A stretch of DNA of 64,000 nucleotides, taken from the NCBI GenBank assembly GCA_965223265.1, contig OZ244999.1, forward strand, positions 2,400,001 to 2,464,000, written 5' to 3'. The notes under the pieces were generated by a model. It saw only the letters and a list, made by a program, of their open reading frames with translations. It did not search any database and was not told the origin of the DNA. Position 1 is the first letter of the stretch, and each line of letters opens with the position of its first letter. Shown piece by piece: positions 1 through 9,873 of this stretch. Position numbers and translations under genes: made by a program. Source of the stretch: Planctomycetota bacterium. GTDB lineage: Bacteria; Planctomycetota; UBA8108; SXIK01.

Positions 1-602
1 ACGGCTTCGAGATTGACACATCAGTGTTCAAGTACGGCAAGATGAATACGAACATCCAGTTTGATTACTCGGGCGCCGAGAGCGAAGTTGTTCCATGGCC
101 TGCGTCTGAATCGAATGTGTGCCTCCGTGACCCTGATGGGAAGATTCTCGAGATACCGATTTATTGCGAGAGACGTCCGATATGGACTTTTCTGACGCGT
201 TGCCGTTTGCAGCGAGTGATGATGGCGCGGCGTTCTGCGAAGGTCGCGAAGGCTGCCGCGACCACCAACTCGGCACAACCAGGGACGACCGTGCAGTCGC
301 AACCTCGGGCGAGTCTCGCTCAGCGTGCTGCGAAGGCCGTCTCTATGGTCACTCAACTCCATCCGTGGAAACTGGACTTCAACCAGTGCTCAGGTCACCA
401 GATCGTCGCTGCTTTGAAGCGAATTCGTCGTACCTACAGCGATCTCGACGTCGAAATCCCGGTGGTGTTGATTGGACATTCGAAGCTCTACACCCATGAA
501 AACTCTAAGAGCCTGCGGCCGTTCCTTGAATTCGTCTCGAAAGAGCCTGAGATTCGCTTCGCGGCGTTTCGTGACGTGGACGTCGAAGCGTTTCGACGCT
601 GA
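1..602 (+). CDS. 5'-truncated protein, probably polysaccharide-deacetylase-like (C-terminal part)
   Basis: Frame is open from the window edge (GFEIDTSVFKYG...). The DTSV, LEIPI and VLIGHSK segments resemble NodB-like barrels; the stop is at 600-602. Confidence 0.45.
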   Translation, partial: GFEIDTSVFKYGKMNTNIQFDYSGAESEVVPWPASESNVCLRDPDGKILEIPIYCERRPIWTFLTRCRLQRVMMARRSAKVAKAAATTNSAQPGTTVQSQPRASLAQRAAKAVSMVTQLHPWKLDFNQCSGHQIVAALKRIRRTYSDLDVEIPVVLIGHSKLYTHENSKSLRPFLEFVSKEPEIRFAAFRDVDVEAFRR

Positions 603-665
603 AGAGCCCGGACGCCGCTGCGGCTGAAGGCGCGTTCAAAGGCGAGTGAGCACCGCGTTCGTCCC

Positions 666-1394
666 ATGGTGGACTTTGACGACTACTCGACCACGTACGA
701 TGAGGCCGTCGACCGCGGTTTGCGCCTCGTCGGAGAGTCGCGTGAGTACTTTGCCCAGGCGCGGGTTCGAGAGGTAGGGGCGACGTTAGCTCGTCATGCC
801 TCAGACCTCCAGGTGAGGAGGATTCTCGACTACGGGTGCGGCACCGGCGAGACTTCAATGTTGCTCGCCGAGGCGCTGGACGCGGAGACAGTCATTGGAG
901 TGGATGCATCGCAGCTGACGATTCGCGAAGCTCGACGCCGGTGCCGAGGCTCCACGGTGCGGTTTGTCACCGTCGAGGACGCCTGCTCCGAAGAGCTGTT
1001 TCAATCTCGATTCGACGTCGTTTACACCGCCTGTGTTTTTCACCACATCGATCCGGCCGAATGGCTCGTCACAGCGAAGCGACTTCACGAATCGCTGCGC
1101 CCTGGTGGCATGCTCGCTTTCTTTGAGCACAACCCTTGGAATCCCGGAACGAGGCTGGTCGTCTCTCGCGTCGAATTCGATCGCGACGCCGTACTTCTCA
1201 GTCGGCGTCGTGCGACGAGTCTCTTGCTAGAAGCGGGATTCCAAATAGCAGTGCGACGTAGCTACTTCTACTTTCCCCGCTGGCTGTCATTTTTGCGGCG
1301 GCTGGAGTTGCCCCTGGGGCGACTTCCTTTCGGCGGCCAGTACGCGCTCTACGCGCGGCGGAGGCAGCAGGTCGATCATGCGCCTGGGGGGTGA
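666..1394 (+). CDS. Class I SAM-dependent methyltransferase
   Basis: Motif I ILDYGCGTG, GVD motif II, FDVV...VFHH and LRPGG motifs. Confidence 0.9.
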   Translation: MVDFDDYSTTYDEAVDRGLRLVGESREYFAQARVREVGATLARHASDLQVRRILDYGCGTGETSMLLAEALDAETVIGVDASQLTIREARRRCRGSTVRFVTVEDACSEELFQSRFDVVYTACVFHHIDPAEWLVTAKRLHESLRPGGMLAFFEHNPWNPGTRLVVSRVEFDRDAVLLSRRRATSLLLEAGFQIAVRRSYFYFPRWLSFLRRLELPLGRLPFGGQYALYARRRQQVDHAPGG

Positions 1395-1439
1395 GCGCAT
1401 CGACCTATCCTAGCGCTAGCCTGACCTCTCGCTACGCAC

Positions 1440-3860
1440 TCAGAAGGCGCAGGCGTCAAACTGCTCGCAGGCGATTGGATCCTCAGTCGGGTCAACGCCG
1501 CATGCGAAGGTCGGCTCTGGTATCGCGCTACCGTTCAAGAACAGCGCTTCAAGAGCAAAGATCGCATCGCTGACGTCCATCAGCCCATCGTCGTTGCTGT
1601 CGCACGCGTCGTCACACGTCGGCAGCGTGACAAGCAGAGACTGGTCGAACATGAAGATCAGAAGAGTGAGTGGATCCGAGATGTCGACCGCCCCGTCTTG
1701 GTTGCAGTCGCCGCGTGAGAAGCTGAACTCTGTAACCACTACCGGCGCGGAACTCTTTGAAGGAGCCAATGTTGAGCCGTCGCACGTGACGGCCGATCCT
1801 GCTGTCGGGCTTTCCACGTCGATCTTAAGACAATCAACAAACGCCAACTCGGATGTGTCACCCGGTATGAGCAGAGGCGAGGACTCGTAGACGATCGTTG
1901 CAACCTTCTGATTGGAGCCTGGCGGTAAAGCCGCGGAGAGTGGGTCTGTGAGGCTGCCCACCATGGCGAAAAGTAGCCCTGCACGGGCTTCGTCGCACTC
2001 CGCGGTGACAGGGTTGAGCATCACGTTCGCGAAGTCGGGCCCCGACCCGGAATTAAGGTCCAGCGAGATGCCTGAAGGAAAACCGTCGACCGGCATCATG
2101 AACGCTTGATCGTGAGCGATTCCGAAACTCAGTCCGATCGTGTCGCAGGTAGAGCTGAGCTCGATGTCAGCTTCGAACAGGCCGGCGTGGCCGATCTTGA
2201 GCGCTCCGGAGGCCTGGCCGGTCTCCGGATCGACTTCATACAGATTCAAACCGTCTGAGAGTAGCAGTCGATCCGGCGTGCCGATGCCCGAGATCCCTCC
2301 CGTGAGGGTGGCGAGCGCTGGGTTGGTTGCATCGATGTCGAGCGTCGAGATCACAGTGTCTGTGTCAGGATCAAAAACATGCACGTCTGCGTCGCCTGCA
2401 TCGAGGATGTAGACCCTATCGTTGAGAACTGCCAGCCCTTGATAGTTTCCAGAACCGGTGGTGAAGATGTCAGCGTCGAGCACTTGTCCAGTATCAGGGT
2501 TGAGCTGGTAAAGTAAGTCCGACCCGAGTCCGTTGAGGAAGAACAGATCGCCGCCGCCGTATGCGAGTCCGTCGTTCTGTTCACTGGTGGATTCAGGTGC
2601 GGCGAAGCGATTGATTTCCGCGCCAGTCTGCGGATTCAATTCCACGATGTCATTCGTGGCGTCGACGGGGACTGCAAACAGTCTGCCCGGAAAGACGAAG
2701 TCGTCGCTCCCGAGCGCTGACAGCGGGTAGGGAAGTGCCAGGGTTCGTTTGGTATCGCCACCGCGGTCGATCACCGTCAGCTCTGCGACGCCGATTTCAC
2801 CGATGAACACGTCTCCGGCGACGACAGCAAGTCCTGACACTCCGGTTGTCGGTAGCGCGATCGGGTGAGGGCTTTGCGTTGTGATCGCTAACGACGCCGG
2901 AGGGGATGACGTGTTGTGTAGAACGAGGCGTGAGTCTTCGTGGCCGAGAGTGAAGGGAATACCAGTTCCGATCGGTTCGCCGTCTGCGAGTACGCCAGTT
3001 ACTCTCTCACTTGAGAAGGCGAGGTCAAAGCCAAAGAAATTCACTGTGCTGCCGGCAACGTTGCTCTCGTCGACGATCAGAGTCGAGCGAAATGTTCCTC
3101 CTTGGACGTTTAGTTCGCTGCTATCCACCTTCAGATCACCGCGGACCGTGCCGCTGGTGATCGTCAGAGCCCCGACGTCCTGCGCCGAAACGGTGAGGTT
3201 ACCAGAGACGAGGACGCCACTCACGTCGATCGCGGCGCGGTTGAGGCTCAAGTTGCCAGCGACGAAGCCGCCGGTGATGGATCCGAAGCTCGGCTCGGCG
3301 CCGCCGAGAGTCACATCTCCTGTCACCGTTCCACCTGAAAATTGAAGCCCGCCGCAAAGGAGCAGAGAGCCCTCGAGAATGCCGCCGGAGATCGCGACGG
3401 ATCCTGTTGACGGGATAATGTCGATGTCACCGACCATGCGACCACCACTCAGGGAGAACGTGAGTCCGTTGACAGAGTTGACGTTCCCCGTGACGTCACC
3501 GCTTGAGAGATTCAGTACGTTGAAGGATCCTGCGTCACCGATATCTCCATCGACGATGCCTCCAGCAACGTTGAGCGTGGCGCCTGCTGGTGGAAAATTG
3601 AAGTTGTCGAAGAGCGCGCCGTCAACTGAGCCTCCAGTGACGATGTCGACGGTGATGCCGTTGCCGGTGATGACGATTCGATCGGCGATCACTGTGTCGA
3701 TGACCGTGTCGGAGCTGATCGTCACGTCAGCGTCGACAAGAGTCGCTGCCGTGACAACCCAAACGGCTATGCAGAACGCTTGGCGGGCGAGGCGTTCGCT
3801 TGCGCGCGAAGAGCGTGACCGGTGAACCAACGCGTTCGCGTGCTTCGTCTTTCGCAACAT
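1440..3860 (-). CDS. Secreted multidomain protein: beta-helix-like N-terminus, beta-propeller, cohesin-like domain, C-terminal dockerin-like domain
   Basis: Signal-like N-terminus (VWVVTAATLVDA|DV) and repetitive GG/SG beta strands. The C-terminus FSRGDCNQDGAVDISD...DSNDDGLMDVSD has two EF-hand-like dockerin repeats. Confidence 0.75.
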   Translation of the reverse strand: MLRKTKHANALVHRSRSSRASERLARQAFCIAVWVVTAATLVDADVTISSDTVIDTVIADRIVITGNGITVDIVTGGSVDGALFDNFNFPPAGATLNVAGGIVDGDIGDAGSFNVLNLSSGDVTGNVNSVNGLTFSLSGGRMVGDIDIIPSTGSVAISGGILEGSLLLCGGLQFSGGTVTGDVTLGGAEPSFGSITGGFVAGNLSLNRAAIDVSGVLVSGNLTVSAQDVGALTITSGTVRGDLKVDSSELNVQGGTFRSTLIVDESNVAGSTVNFFGFDLAFSSERVTGVLADGEPIGTGIPFTLGHEDSRLVLHNTSSPPASLAITTQSPHPIALPTTGVSGLAVVAGDVFIGEIGVAELTVIDRGGDTKRTLALPYPLSALGSDDFVFPGRLFAVPVDATNDIVELNPQTGAEINRFAAPESTSEQNDGLAYGGGDLFFLNGLGSDLLYQLNPDTGQVLDADIFTTGSGNYQGLAVLNDRVYILDAGDADVHVFDPDTDTVISTLDIDATNPALATLTGGISGIGTPDRLLLSDGLNLYEVDPETGQASGALKIGHAGLFEADIELSSTCDTIGLSFGIAHDQAFMMPVDGFPSGISLDLNSGSGPDFANVMLNPVTAECDEARAGLLFAMVGSLTDPLSAALPPGSNQKVATIVYESSPLLIPGDTSELAFVDCLKIDVESPTAGSAVTCDGSTLAPSKSSAPVVVTEFSFSRGDCNQDGAVDISDPLTLLIFMFDQSLLVTLPTCDDACDSNDDGLMDVSDAIFALEALFLNGSAIPEPTFACGVDPTEDPIACEQFDACAF

Positions 3861-4139
3861 GTCGAGCCAGTCATTTGTTTCGTTGATGCCGCAAGACTGT
3901 CGCGCACGACTGGCGTCGCGTCATGCCTGGAACAAGCGGAGCGCGGGTCTGCGAAGATCTTTTTGCGGCGAGAAGTGCACCCCTGACAGGCCTCTGATTG
4001 TAACCTAACGAGGGCCTCCCACAACAACTCGTCGCGCAGCAGTCGTGCGCCCACCGTCAGGCACGACTCTGCGATCGGAAGCGCGGCGAGCGACCCCGAC
4101 CGTACTTCTAACGTACGACCGGCCGGGGTCGAATCTACA

Positions 4140-5774
4140 TCAGCTGTGTTCGGGTCCCGCATCGACCGGCGTGGACGTCTTGCTCCCTTTGCGAGCGACT
4201 TTTGTGCGATCCGCGCTTGCTTTGTTCGTACCTGCCGCGTCGTCTTTGACGAGCTTGCCGAAGAACTCGGGCATCTCGACGCCGCCAACGTCGCGCATGA
4301 TGTTCAGCATCGGAGGGAGCGACTTGGCCAAGCCCTGAAGAAACCCGGCAGTGCTCGTTGTGCCGTTGCCATTACCGCCGTTACCACCATCCCAGACGAC
4401 GACCTTGTCGAACTTGATGTTTGAGATCGCGGCCGCTGCTGTCTTCGAAAGCTCTTCGAGATGCTCGAGCATGAGCATTTGAAATGCTTCCTGCGAACCG
4501 CCGCAACCGTCGACGATCTGTTTGAGCCCCTCTGCTTTCTTCGCCAAGATCTCGTAGTTGCCTCGTGCTTCGGCCTCGAGCTTGGCGAAAATCGCAGATG
4601 CCTCTCCTTCCGCGTGAATGCGAATGCGCTCGGCGTCGGCTTCTGCGTCGACGATTTGTTTGGCCTTGGCCGCTCGTGCGACCGACTCGAGCTCGGCACG
4701 CTTTTCCTGCTCCACTTTTGATGCGAGCGCTTCCGCGGCCCGCGCTTCCGCGACGTACTGTGCTTCGCGAACTGCTGCCTCCGCCTCGCGATGGCGGGTT
4801 TCCGAGCGCTGAAACGCATCAGCTTGCTTGATCCGCAGCTCTGCGTTCACGTCAGCTACAGTGGCTGCGGCGACGTTTTCTCCAGAGACGGCCTGGGCGT
4901 TTGCATCTGCCACTGCAATGCGCATCTGCCGTTCGGCTTCCTTCACTTGAGCTTCGCGCTCGAACGCTGCCGCCTGCTCGCCGACCGTTTTCTCTCGGTC
5001 CAACTGGGCGACGCGCACGTTCTGGTCCTTCTCCGCCTCCTTCGTACCGATTTCTTGGAACTTGTGCGCTTCCGCCACCTCGATCGCTTGAACCTTCTGC
5101 GCTTCGGCGACGCCAATCGCTCCCTTTTTGACTTGATCGGCAACGTCAATTTCCGCCTGCTGGATTGCCTCGGAAGCGGCTTTGCGACCGATCGCCTCGA
5201 TGTAGCCGGACTCATCGGTGATGTCCTTGATGTTGACGTTGATCAGGACGAGACCGATTTTTTCCAGCTCTGGCTCGAGCGACGTTTGCACGTTTTGGAG
5301 GAACTTCTCGCGGTCACGATTGATGTCCTCGATACCCATCGAGGCGATGACTTGGCGGAGCTGGCCGAAGATGATGTCTTCCGCTTGCTTCATGATGTCT
5401 TCGGTCGTCAGGCCAAGCAGGCGTATCGCAGCGTTTTGCATCGCCTCGGGTTGAGTGCCGATCGCCACCGTGAAAACGCTCGGCACGTTGACGCGGATGT
5501 TTTCGATCGACAACGCGGCTTCGAGCGGAATCTCGATCTGAATGGGGTCAAGGGACAGATAGTCGAAGTCCTGAATCAGCGGCCAGATAAAAGCGCCGCC
5601 ACCGTGGAGACAGCGAGCTGATGTTCCACGTCGAACTTTGCCGTAGACGACGAGGATGCGGTTACTTGGGCAGCGCTTGTAGCGTTTGGCGAGAACGATG
5701 ATGAAGCCGCTCATGAAGAGCGTTGCAGCGATGATGATCGCAATGGCGTATGGGTTGTTCTCCAGCCACGGCAT
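4140..5774 (-). CDS. Flotillin / SPFH domain protein (FloT/YqiK-like)
   Basis: N-terminal TM helix, SPFH domain (GGGAFIWPLIQ...GQLRQVIASMGIEDINRDR), Ala/Glu-rich coiled coil, and a C-terminal IKFDKVVVWD motif. Confidence 0.92.
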   Translation of the reverse strand: MPWLENNPYAIAIIIAATLFMSGFIIVLAKRYKRCPSNRILVVYGKVRRGTSARCLHGGGAFIWPLIQDFDYLSLDPIQIEIPLEAALSIENIRVNVPSVFTVAIGTQPEAMQNAAIRLLGLTTEDIMKQAEDIIFGQLRQVIASMGIEDINRDREKFLQNVQTSLEPELEKIGLVLINVNIKDITDESGYIEAIGRKAASEAIQQAEIDVADQVKKGAIGVAEAQKVQAIEVAEAHKFQEIGTKEAEKDQNVRVAQLDREKTVGEQAAAFEREAQVKEAERQMRIAVADANAQAVSGENVAAATVADVNAELRIKQADAFQRSETRHREAEAAVREAQYVAEARAAEALASKVEQEKRAELESVARAAKAKQIVDAEADAERIRIHAEGEASAIFAKLEAEARGNYEILAKKAEGLKQIVDGCGGSQEAFQMLMLEHLEELSKTAAAAISNIKFDKVVVWDGGNGGNGNGTTSTAGFLQGLAKSLPPMLNIMRDVGGVEMPEFFGKLVKDDAAGTNKASADRTKVARKGSKTSTPVDAGPEHS

Positions 5775-5776
5775 AT

Positions 5777-6340
5777 TCAGCTCCTTTCCGTCAGTTGCAC
5801 GGCGAGGGTGTCCGACGTCGTCGTCCCAACGACTGTGACCTCAGCACCCGTGGGAATTTCCTCCCCCGAGGTCACAGCCTTGCATTCGAGGCGTCGTCCT
5901 TGCACTGAGACGATCACTTTTCCCGCTCCCGAGTTGTCCGCAGGGACAGTCAGATAGACTGTCGCGCTGCTCCCAACCGCATTGCGTAGATCCACGTTGC
6001 CCTTAGCCTCCAGCTTCGTCAGCAAAACCATCAGATAGGCCACGATGTAGAGCGCGGCGACGCCGGCAGCAATCGCAGTCAGGAGCGTCGGAATCGGTGC
6101 CAGTCCTCCAGTGCTGCTCGCGAGACCCGTGAGTCCGAAGAACGTGATGAAGGCGACCAATGTCTTGAAGGACAGTACTTTGAACGTGGCTTGAGACTCA
6201 TCACCGTCGAAATCTGAGTCGACATCGACATCGCCGTCGCCGCCGTCGCCGCCGACGAACAGAAGCGCTGTCTGCACTACTAGAAACGTGCCACCGACCA
6301 CTGCGGTGAGGAGATAGACGCTGTGCATGATCGCTTCCAT
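5777..6340 (-). CDS. NfeD-like membrane protein (YuaF-type), partner of flotillin
   Basis: TM helices, acidic DxD linker and C-terminal OB-fold (VGSSATVYLTVP...GKVIVSVQGR). Start moved to ATG 6340, which has an AGAGG RBS. Confidence 0.85.
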   Translation of the reverse strand: MEAIMHSVYLLTAVVGGTFLVVQTALLFVGGDGGDGDVDVDSDFDGDESQATFKVLSFKTLVAFITFFGLTGLASSTGGLAPIPTLLTAIAAGVAALYIVAYLMVLLTKLEAKGNVDLRNAVGSSATVYLTVPADNSGAGKVIVSVQGRRLECKAVTSGEEIPTGAEVTVVGTTTSDTLAVQLTERS

Positions 6341-6409
6341 GGGCACCTCTTTCGCCTGAAATATGTCTGCCTCACGAACCCGAACGAGCTGCAAGCCCTC
6401 AATGAAACA

Positions 6410-6435
6410 GTCGCGTTCAGTGGCTCTGCGTTACA
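6410..6435 (-). promoter_or_regulatory. Putative ECF sigma promoter of the nfeD-flotillin operon
   Basis: Minus strand reads TGTAAC-N16-CGAC about 70 nt upstream of the start, matching the AAC-N16-CGT/CGA ECF promoter pattern. Confidence 0.5.
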
Positions 6436-6567
6436 AGAATTGTCCAAGGGTACCCTCGCTGACGGCGTTATTCCCTGTTCTACAAGGTGTTATGCGCGTC
6501 GTCTGGTGCCCTATCAACAGCGCCTGCAAGTCGGGTCAGGCCCCCGGCGCCGCTGTGCAGTACCCTC

Positions 6568-7110
6568 TCACTCTGCGTCGCTCTGGCGTTTGAGGACGAG
6601 CAAGAACTGTCCGCGTTTGACGTCCGCAGCGAACTTCTTCGGACGCGGACCGGAATGAACAAAGCAGATGCGCAGAGTATTCTCACGAAACTCGTAGATC
6701 CCTGCCGCGGTGGCGCGCGGGCGCGGATCGCTGCTCCGATGCTGCAGATCGATCTCCTTGGGACTTTTTCCTGAGCGAAGCGTATAGAGGAGCTTCGAGC
6801 CGATCGTGCGTTCGCTGATCGGAATGAGGAAGGTCTTGCCGTTGACGGTGGCGGTCCACTTGCCGAGGATTCGCTGGCGGTCCTTGGGGGCGGCCTGCGC
6901 CGCGGCCTTTCGCTTTGTAGGAGTCTCCCCCGCAACGGCAAGGCTAGCTGCGGTGACGACGGCGATCAAGAGGAACGGTAAAAGGGCGCTCGCTACGACA
7001 CGCAGCGTGTTCCGCGCCTCACCACGAGTTGCTGAGCGGCAGTGTCGCGCGTCCCGTCGCGCTGCCTGAGGAGGTTCTTTGGTCGCAGCGTCCGGTAGCA
7101 GCCTAGCCAT
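6568..7110 (-). CDS. Planctomycete TIGR03067-like domain protein, probably secreted
   Basis: Hydrophobic signal segment, then LGKW...KSPKEIDL...GIYEFRENTLRICF...RPKKF...LVLKR. ATG 7110 overlaps the upstream stop. Confidence 0.7.
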   Translation of the reverse strand: MARLLPDAATKEPPQAARRDARHCRSATRGEARNTLRVVASALLPFLLIAVVTAASLAVAGETPTKRKAAAQAAPKDRQRILGKWTATVNGKTFLIPISERTIGSKLLYTLRSGKSPKEIDLQHRSSDPRPRATAAGIYEFRENTLRICFVHSGPRPKKFAADVKRGQFLLVLKRQSDAE

Positions 7111-8605
7111 AGATTTCTCGAATCGGCTGGCCCAAGTACACATAGTGCGGTCGTCCGGCGACGTCCTGATAGGTGGAGTTTTCCGGGATCCCAAGGGCGT
7201 CAAAGATCGTCGCGGCGAGATCCTCGGGTGTCTTCGGTAATTCTTTTGGGTGTCCTCCGATGCGGTCGGACGCACCGATGATGCTACCGCCATTGACCCC
7301 AGCACCCGCAAAGAGGACGGACTGGAGCGGTCCCCAGTGGTCTCTCCCTGGGCGCCTTCCAAGAGGTGCAGAGATGCGCGGCGTGCGGCCAAATTCGCCG
7401 GCGAGTACGACGAGCGTCTCGTCCAGGAGTCCATGTGCTGCCATGTCATCCAAGAACGTCGACACGGCGCGGTCGGTGTAAGGCAGCAGAAAGTCTTTGA
7501 GAAGTGGGAACGCTCGACGGTGAAGATCCCACGTGCCGTTGCGTCCAAGGCTGACTTGCACCATGTTGACACCGGCCTCGAGCAGTCGGCGCGTCAGGAG
7601 AAGCGACCAGCCGAACTTATTGCGGCCGTAGGCGTCGAGGACATTCTCTTTTTCATTGCTGAGATCCAGTGCGCGGCGCACGCGCGGCGACGTCAACAGG
7701 GAGACCGCCTGGTCGTGGAACTCGTCGCCGTGTTCTTGGCGACGTTCGGCGTTTTCGGAGAATGTCACGTGCGACTGCTCAAACGCATCGAGGAGCGAGA
7801 GCCGTGAGCCCAAGCGGCCCGGCGACAGCCCACTGGGGAGTCGGAGGTTGGGCGGATCGAACACCGGTCCCGAGACGGTGTGACCGTGCTCGAGACCAAA
7901 GGCAAAGACTGCATCATCATCACCGTCGTTGAAGCAGTCGGGGCACGCGCCCCAGCCAAGGCAGTCCGAGGCTGCCTTCACTAACCAGGGGTCGTGTCGC
8001 GCTCCAAGTCGACCGCCAGTCTGACCTGGGGTGATGCGTCCCGAACCCGATCCTCGTCCGACGTACTCTGGAAGCACCGCTGCGCCGGGAAGTCCACTCC
8101 GTCCCGGTCGATAGTATCCCGCCAGCGCGGCGATGCCGGGTGTGTCGTTGACGTCCGGGTTTTTATCCGCCGGCGTGAGCGAGGGAACCCGCGTGTCGCC
8201 CGACACCATGATTGTCGTGCCGGCGATGTGGTCGTTGCTGTGGTGGTGGAGAGTGCGAAGGATCGCAAAGCGTTGGCTGCGCTGCGCGAGGAGCGGCATG
8301 TGCTCGCAAAGATACATCCCGGGTGTGCGGGTCGGAATGACGCCAAATTCGCCGCGCACTTCCCGCGGCGCATCCGGTTTCGGGTCGAACGTCTCGTGCT
8401 GCGGAGGGCCGCCAGGGAGGAAGATAAACGCGACGTTCTTCGGCCTGCGACGGGGGCTCCGATCGGTGGCGTCGCGGCGCGCGCGATCTTCCGCCAGCAA
8501 TCGGCTGACACCGCTTGACGATAGCCCCAGAAGTCCAAGTCCACCAACCTGGAGCGTTTCACGTCGACTCAATCGCGGGTGTGCGAGTTGCGTAGGATCG
8601 TGCAT
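7103..8605 (-). CDS. DUF1501 family protein (Tat signal)
   Basis: SRRETLQVG twin-Arg leader, FLPGGPPQHETFDPKPDAP, WDLH, GEFGRTP and GRDHW motifs. Confidence 0.92.
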   Translation of the reverse strand: MHDPTQLAHPRLSRRETLQVGGLGLLGLSSSGVSRLLAEDRARRDATDRSPRRRPKNVAFIFLPGGPPQHETFDPKPDAPREVRGEFGVIPTRTPGMYLCEHMPLLAQRSQRFAILRTLHHHSNDHIAGTTIMVSGDTRVPSLTPADKNPDVNDTPGIAALAGYYRPGRSGLPGAAVLPEYVGRGSGSGRITPGQTGGRLGARHDPWLVKAASDCLGWGACPDCFNDGDDDAVFAFGLEHGHTVSGPVFDPPNLRLPSGLSPGRLGSRLSLLDAFEQSHVTFSENAERRQEHGDEFHDQAVSLLTSPRVRRALDLSNEKENVLDAYGRNKFGWSLLLTRRLLEAGVNMVQVSLGRNGTWDLHRRAFPLLKDFLLPYTDRAVSTFLDDMAAHGLLDETLVVLAGEFGRTPRISAPLGRRPGRDHWGPLQSVLFAGAGVNGGSIIGASDRIGGHPKELPKTPEDLAATIFDALGIPENSTYQDVAGRPHYVYLGQPIREIYG

Positions 8606-8726
8606 CGCGCCTCTCCGTACTTTAGCAGCCCGATCGACTCACCACGCCACGGATTGTACGCTGACGCCGGGGGGCGATGCATCGTTTTTGTCCGTGAATC
8701 GTCGCGACCGCGCTACGGGCGTAGCG

Positions 8727-9036
8727 TGTGGGTGTGGGGGCGTGGGCGGGGCGTGGGAGTGGGAGTGGGCGAGTGCGTGGGCGTGGGAGTGGGCGAGTGC
8801 GAGTGGGAGTGGGCGAGTAGTGCGAGTGCGAGTGCGAGTGCGTGGGCGAGTGCGAGTGCGAGTGCGTGGGCGTGGGCGTGGGAGTGGGCGTGGGAGTGGG
8901 CGTGGGAGTGGGAGTGGGCGTAGTGGGCGTGGGAGTGGGAGTGGGAGTGGGAGTGGGCGTGGGAGTGGGCGAGAGCGTGGGCGTGTGTGTCTCTGCCTCG
9001 TCATCCGTCTCCGTCTCTGTCTCTGCCCCTGTCCCT
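8727..9036 (+). repeat. Low-complexity degenerate hexamer tract (GGGAGT/GGGCGT/GCGAGT, then GTCTCY)
   Basis: Tandem hexamers over about 260 nt, followed by a pyrimidine-rich hexamer run; intergenic. Confidence 0.9.
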
Positions 9037-9323
9037 CGCGGGACTGACTCCTTCTCAGATGCGGCAAGGACAAGGTTCCCTTGTTCGTTCTCGGACTCGG
9101 AGTATGATGGCCGGAAGTGTCTGCTTGATTTCGAGCAGGTCTCCGTGCGCATCCCACGCACGGATCTCGTCACGAGTTCTCATCACAGCGTTCGCCGACA
9201 ACATGAGGCAGAAGACACGGTGACACTCTATCGAGTGGCTGTTAGCACGACTTGCACTCCCGTTGACGCCGAGTTCGTGCGTCTGTTCGTTGGACGCCAC
9301 CCGACACTTAGTCCGGCGTGCTC

Positions 9324-9761
9324 ATGACGCGGCGCCGCGCAGCCTCGAGGAGGATTACGTGGGTCGTGATGGTTCTTGCGGTGACGGTTTGTGCACTCGC
9401 GACCGTCTCTCTCCGGCGGCCGTTTCTCAAGCGCTGGTTTCTGCAGGAGTTTCGGAGCGCTGAAGGGAACGCGCGAGTCGTCGCTGCACGCAATCTGGCG
9501 AATGTCGCGGGTGTTGGAGACCTGCGAGAAGTTCTGGCTGCCACGGCCGCCCTGCGAGCCCACGATGCCGCTGCGGGACGGTATTGCGATGGCGATTTCT
9601 TTGGGCCGCTTGCAGCATTCGTCAAACCAGCCGAGCGCGCGTTCGCGATCGAGACGCTGAACGAAGCCCTTGAAGACGGGGATTCCAACGTTCGTTTCGC
9701 AGCTGCGCACCTCATTTGGAATCTGCTTTCGTCGCCGAGCTCGGTGCACGGGGCCGATTGA
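9324..9761 (+). CDS. Small membrane-anchored HEAT-repeat protein
   Basis: Basic N-terminus plus TM helix; HEAT motifs RVVAARNL and LNEALEDGDSNVRFAAAHLI. Confidence 0.65.
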   Translation: MTRRRAASRRITWVVMVLAVTVCALATVSLRRPFLKRWFLQEFRSAEGNARVVAARNLANVAGVGDLREVLAATAALRAHDAAAGRYCDGDFFGPLAAFVKPAERAFAIETLNEALEDGDSNVRFAAAHLIWNLLSSPSSVHGAD

Positions 9762-9873
9762 GGTCCAGGAACAGTCCCCGTATGAGCGAAGTCCGAAGCC
9801 CGAGAAAGTCCGTTGTCAGCGGTAGAGATGCGAATCTGTCGCTCCCTGCGACGGACGCTAGCGCTAGGCTCTA

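Noticed and set aside
4791-5621. Long antisense or alternate-frame ORFs (also 15096-16106, 27202-28080, 42845-43774, 61669-62790)
   Set aside because: Shadows of well-supported genes in high-GC DNA, with no recognisable motifs.
8579-9327. ORFs with (PT)n, (GV)n, (RV)n or (WAWE)n repeats
   Set aside because: All frames are open only because the hexamer tract lacks stops; there is no RBS and no flanking domain.
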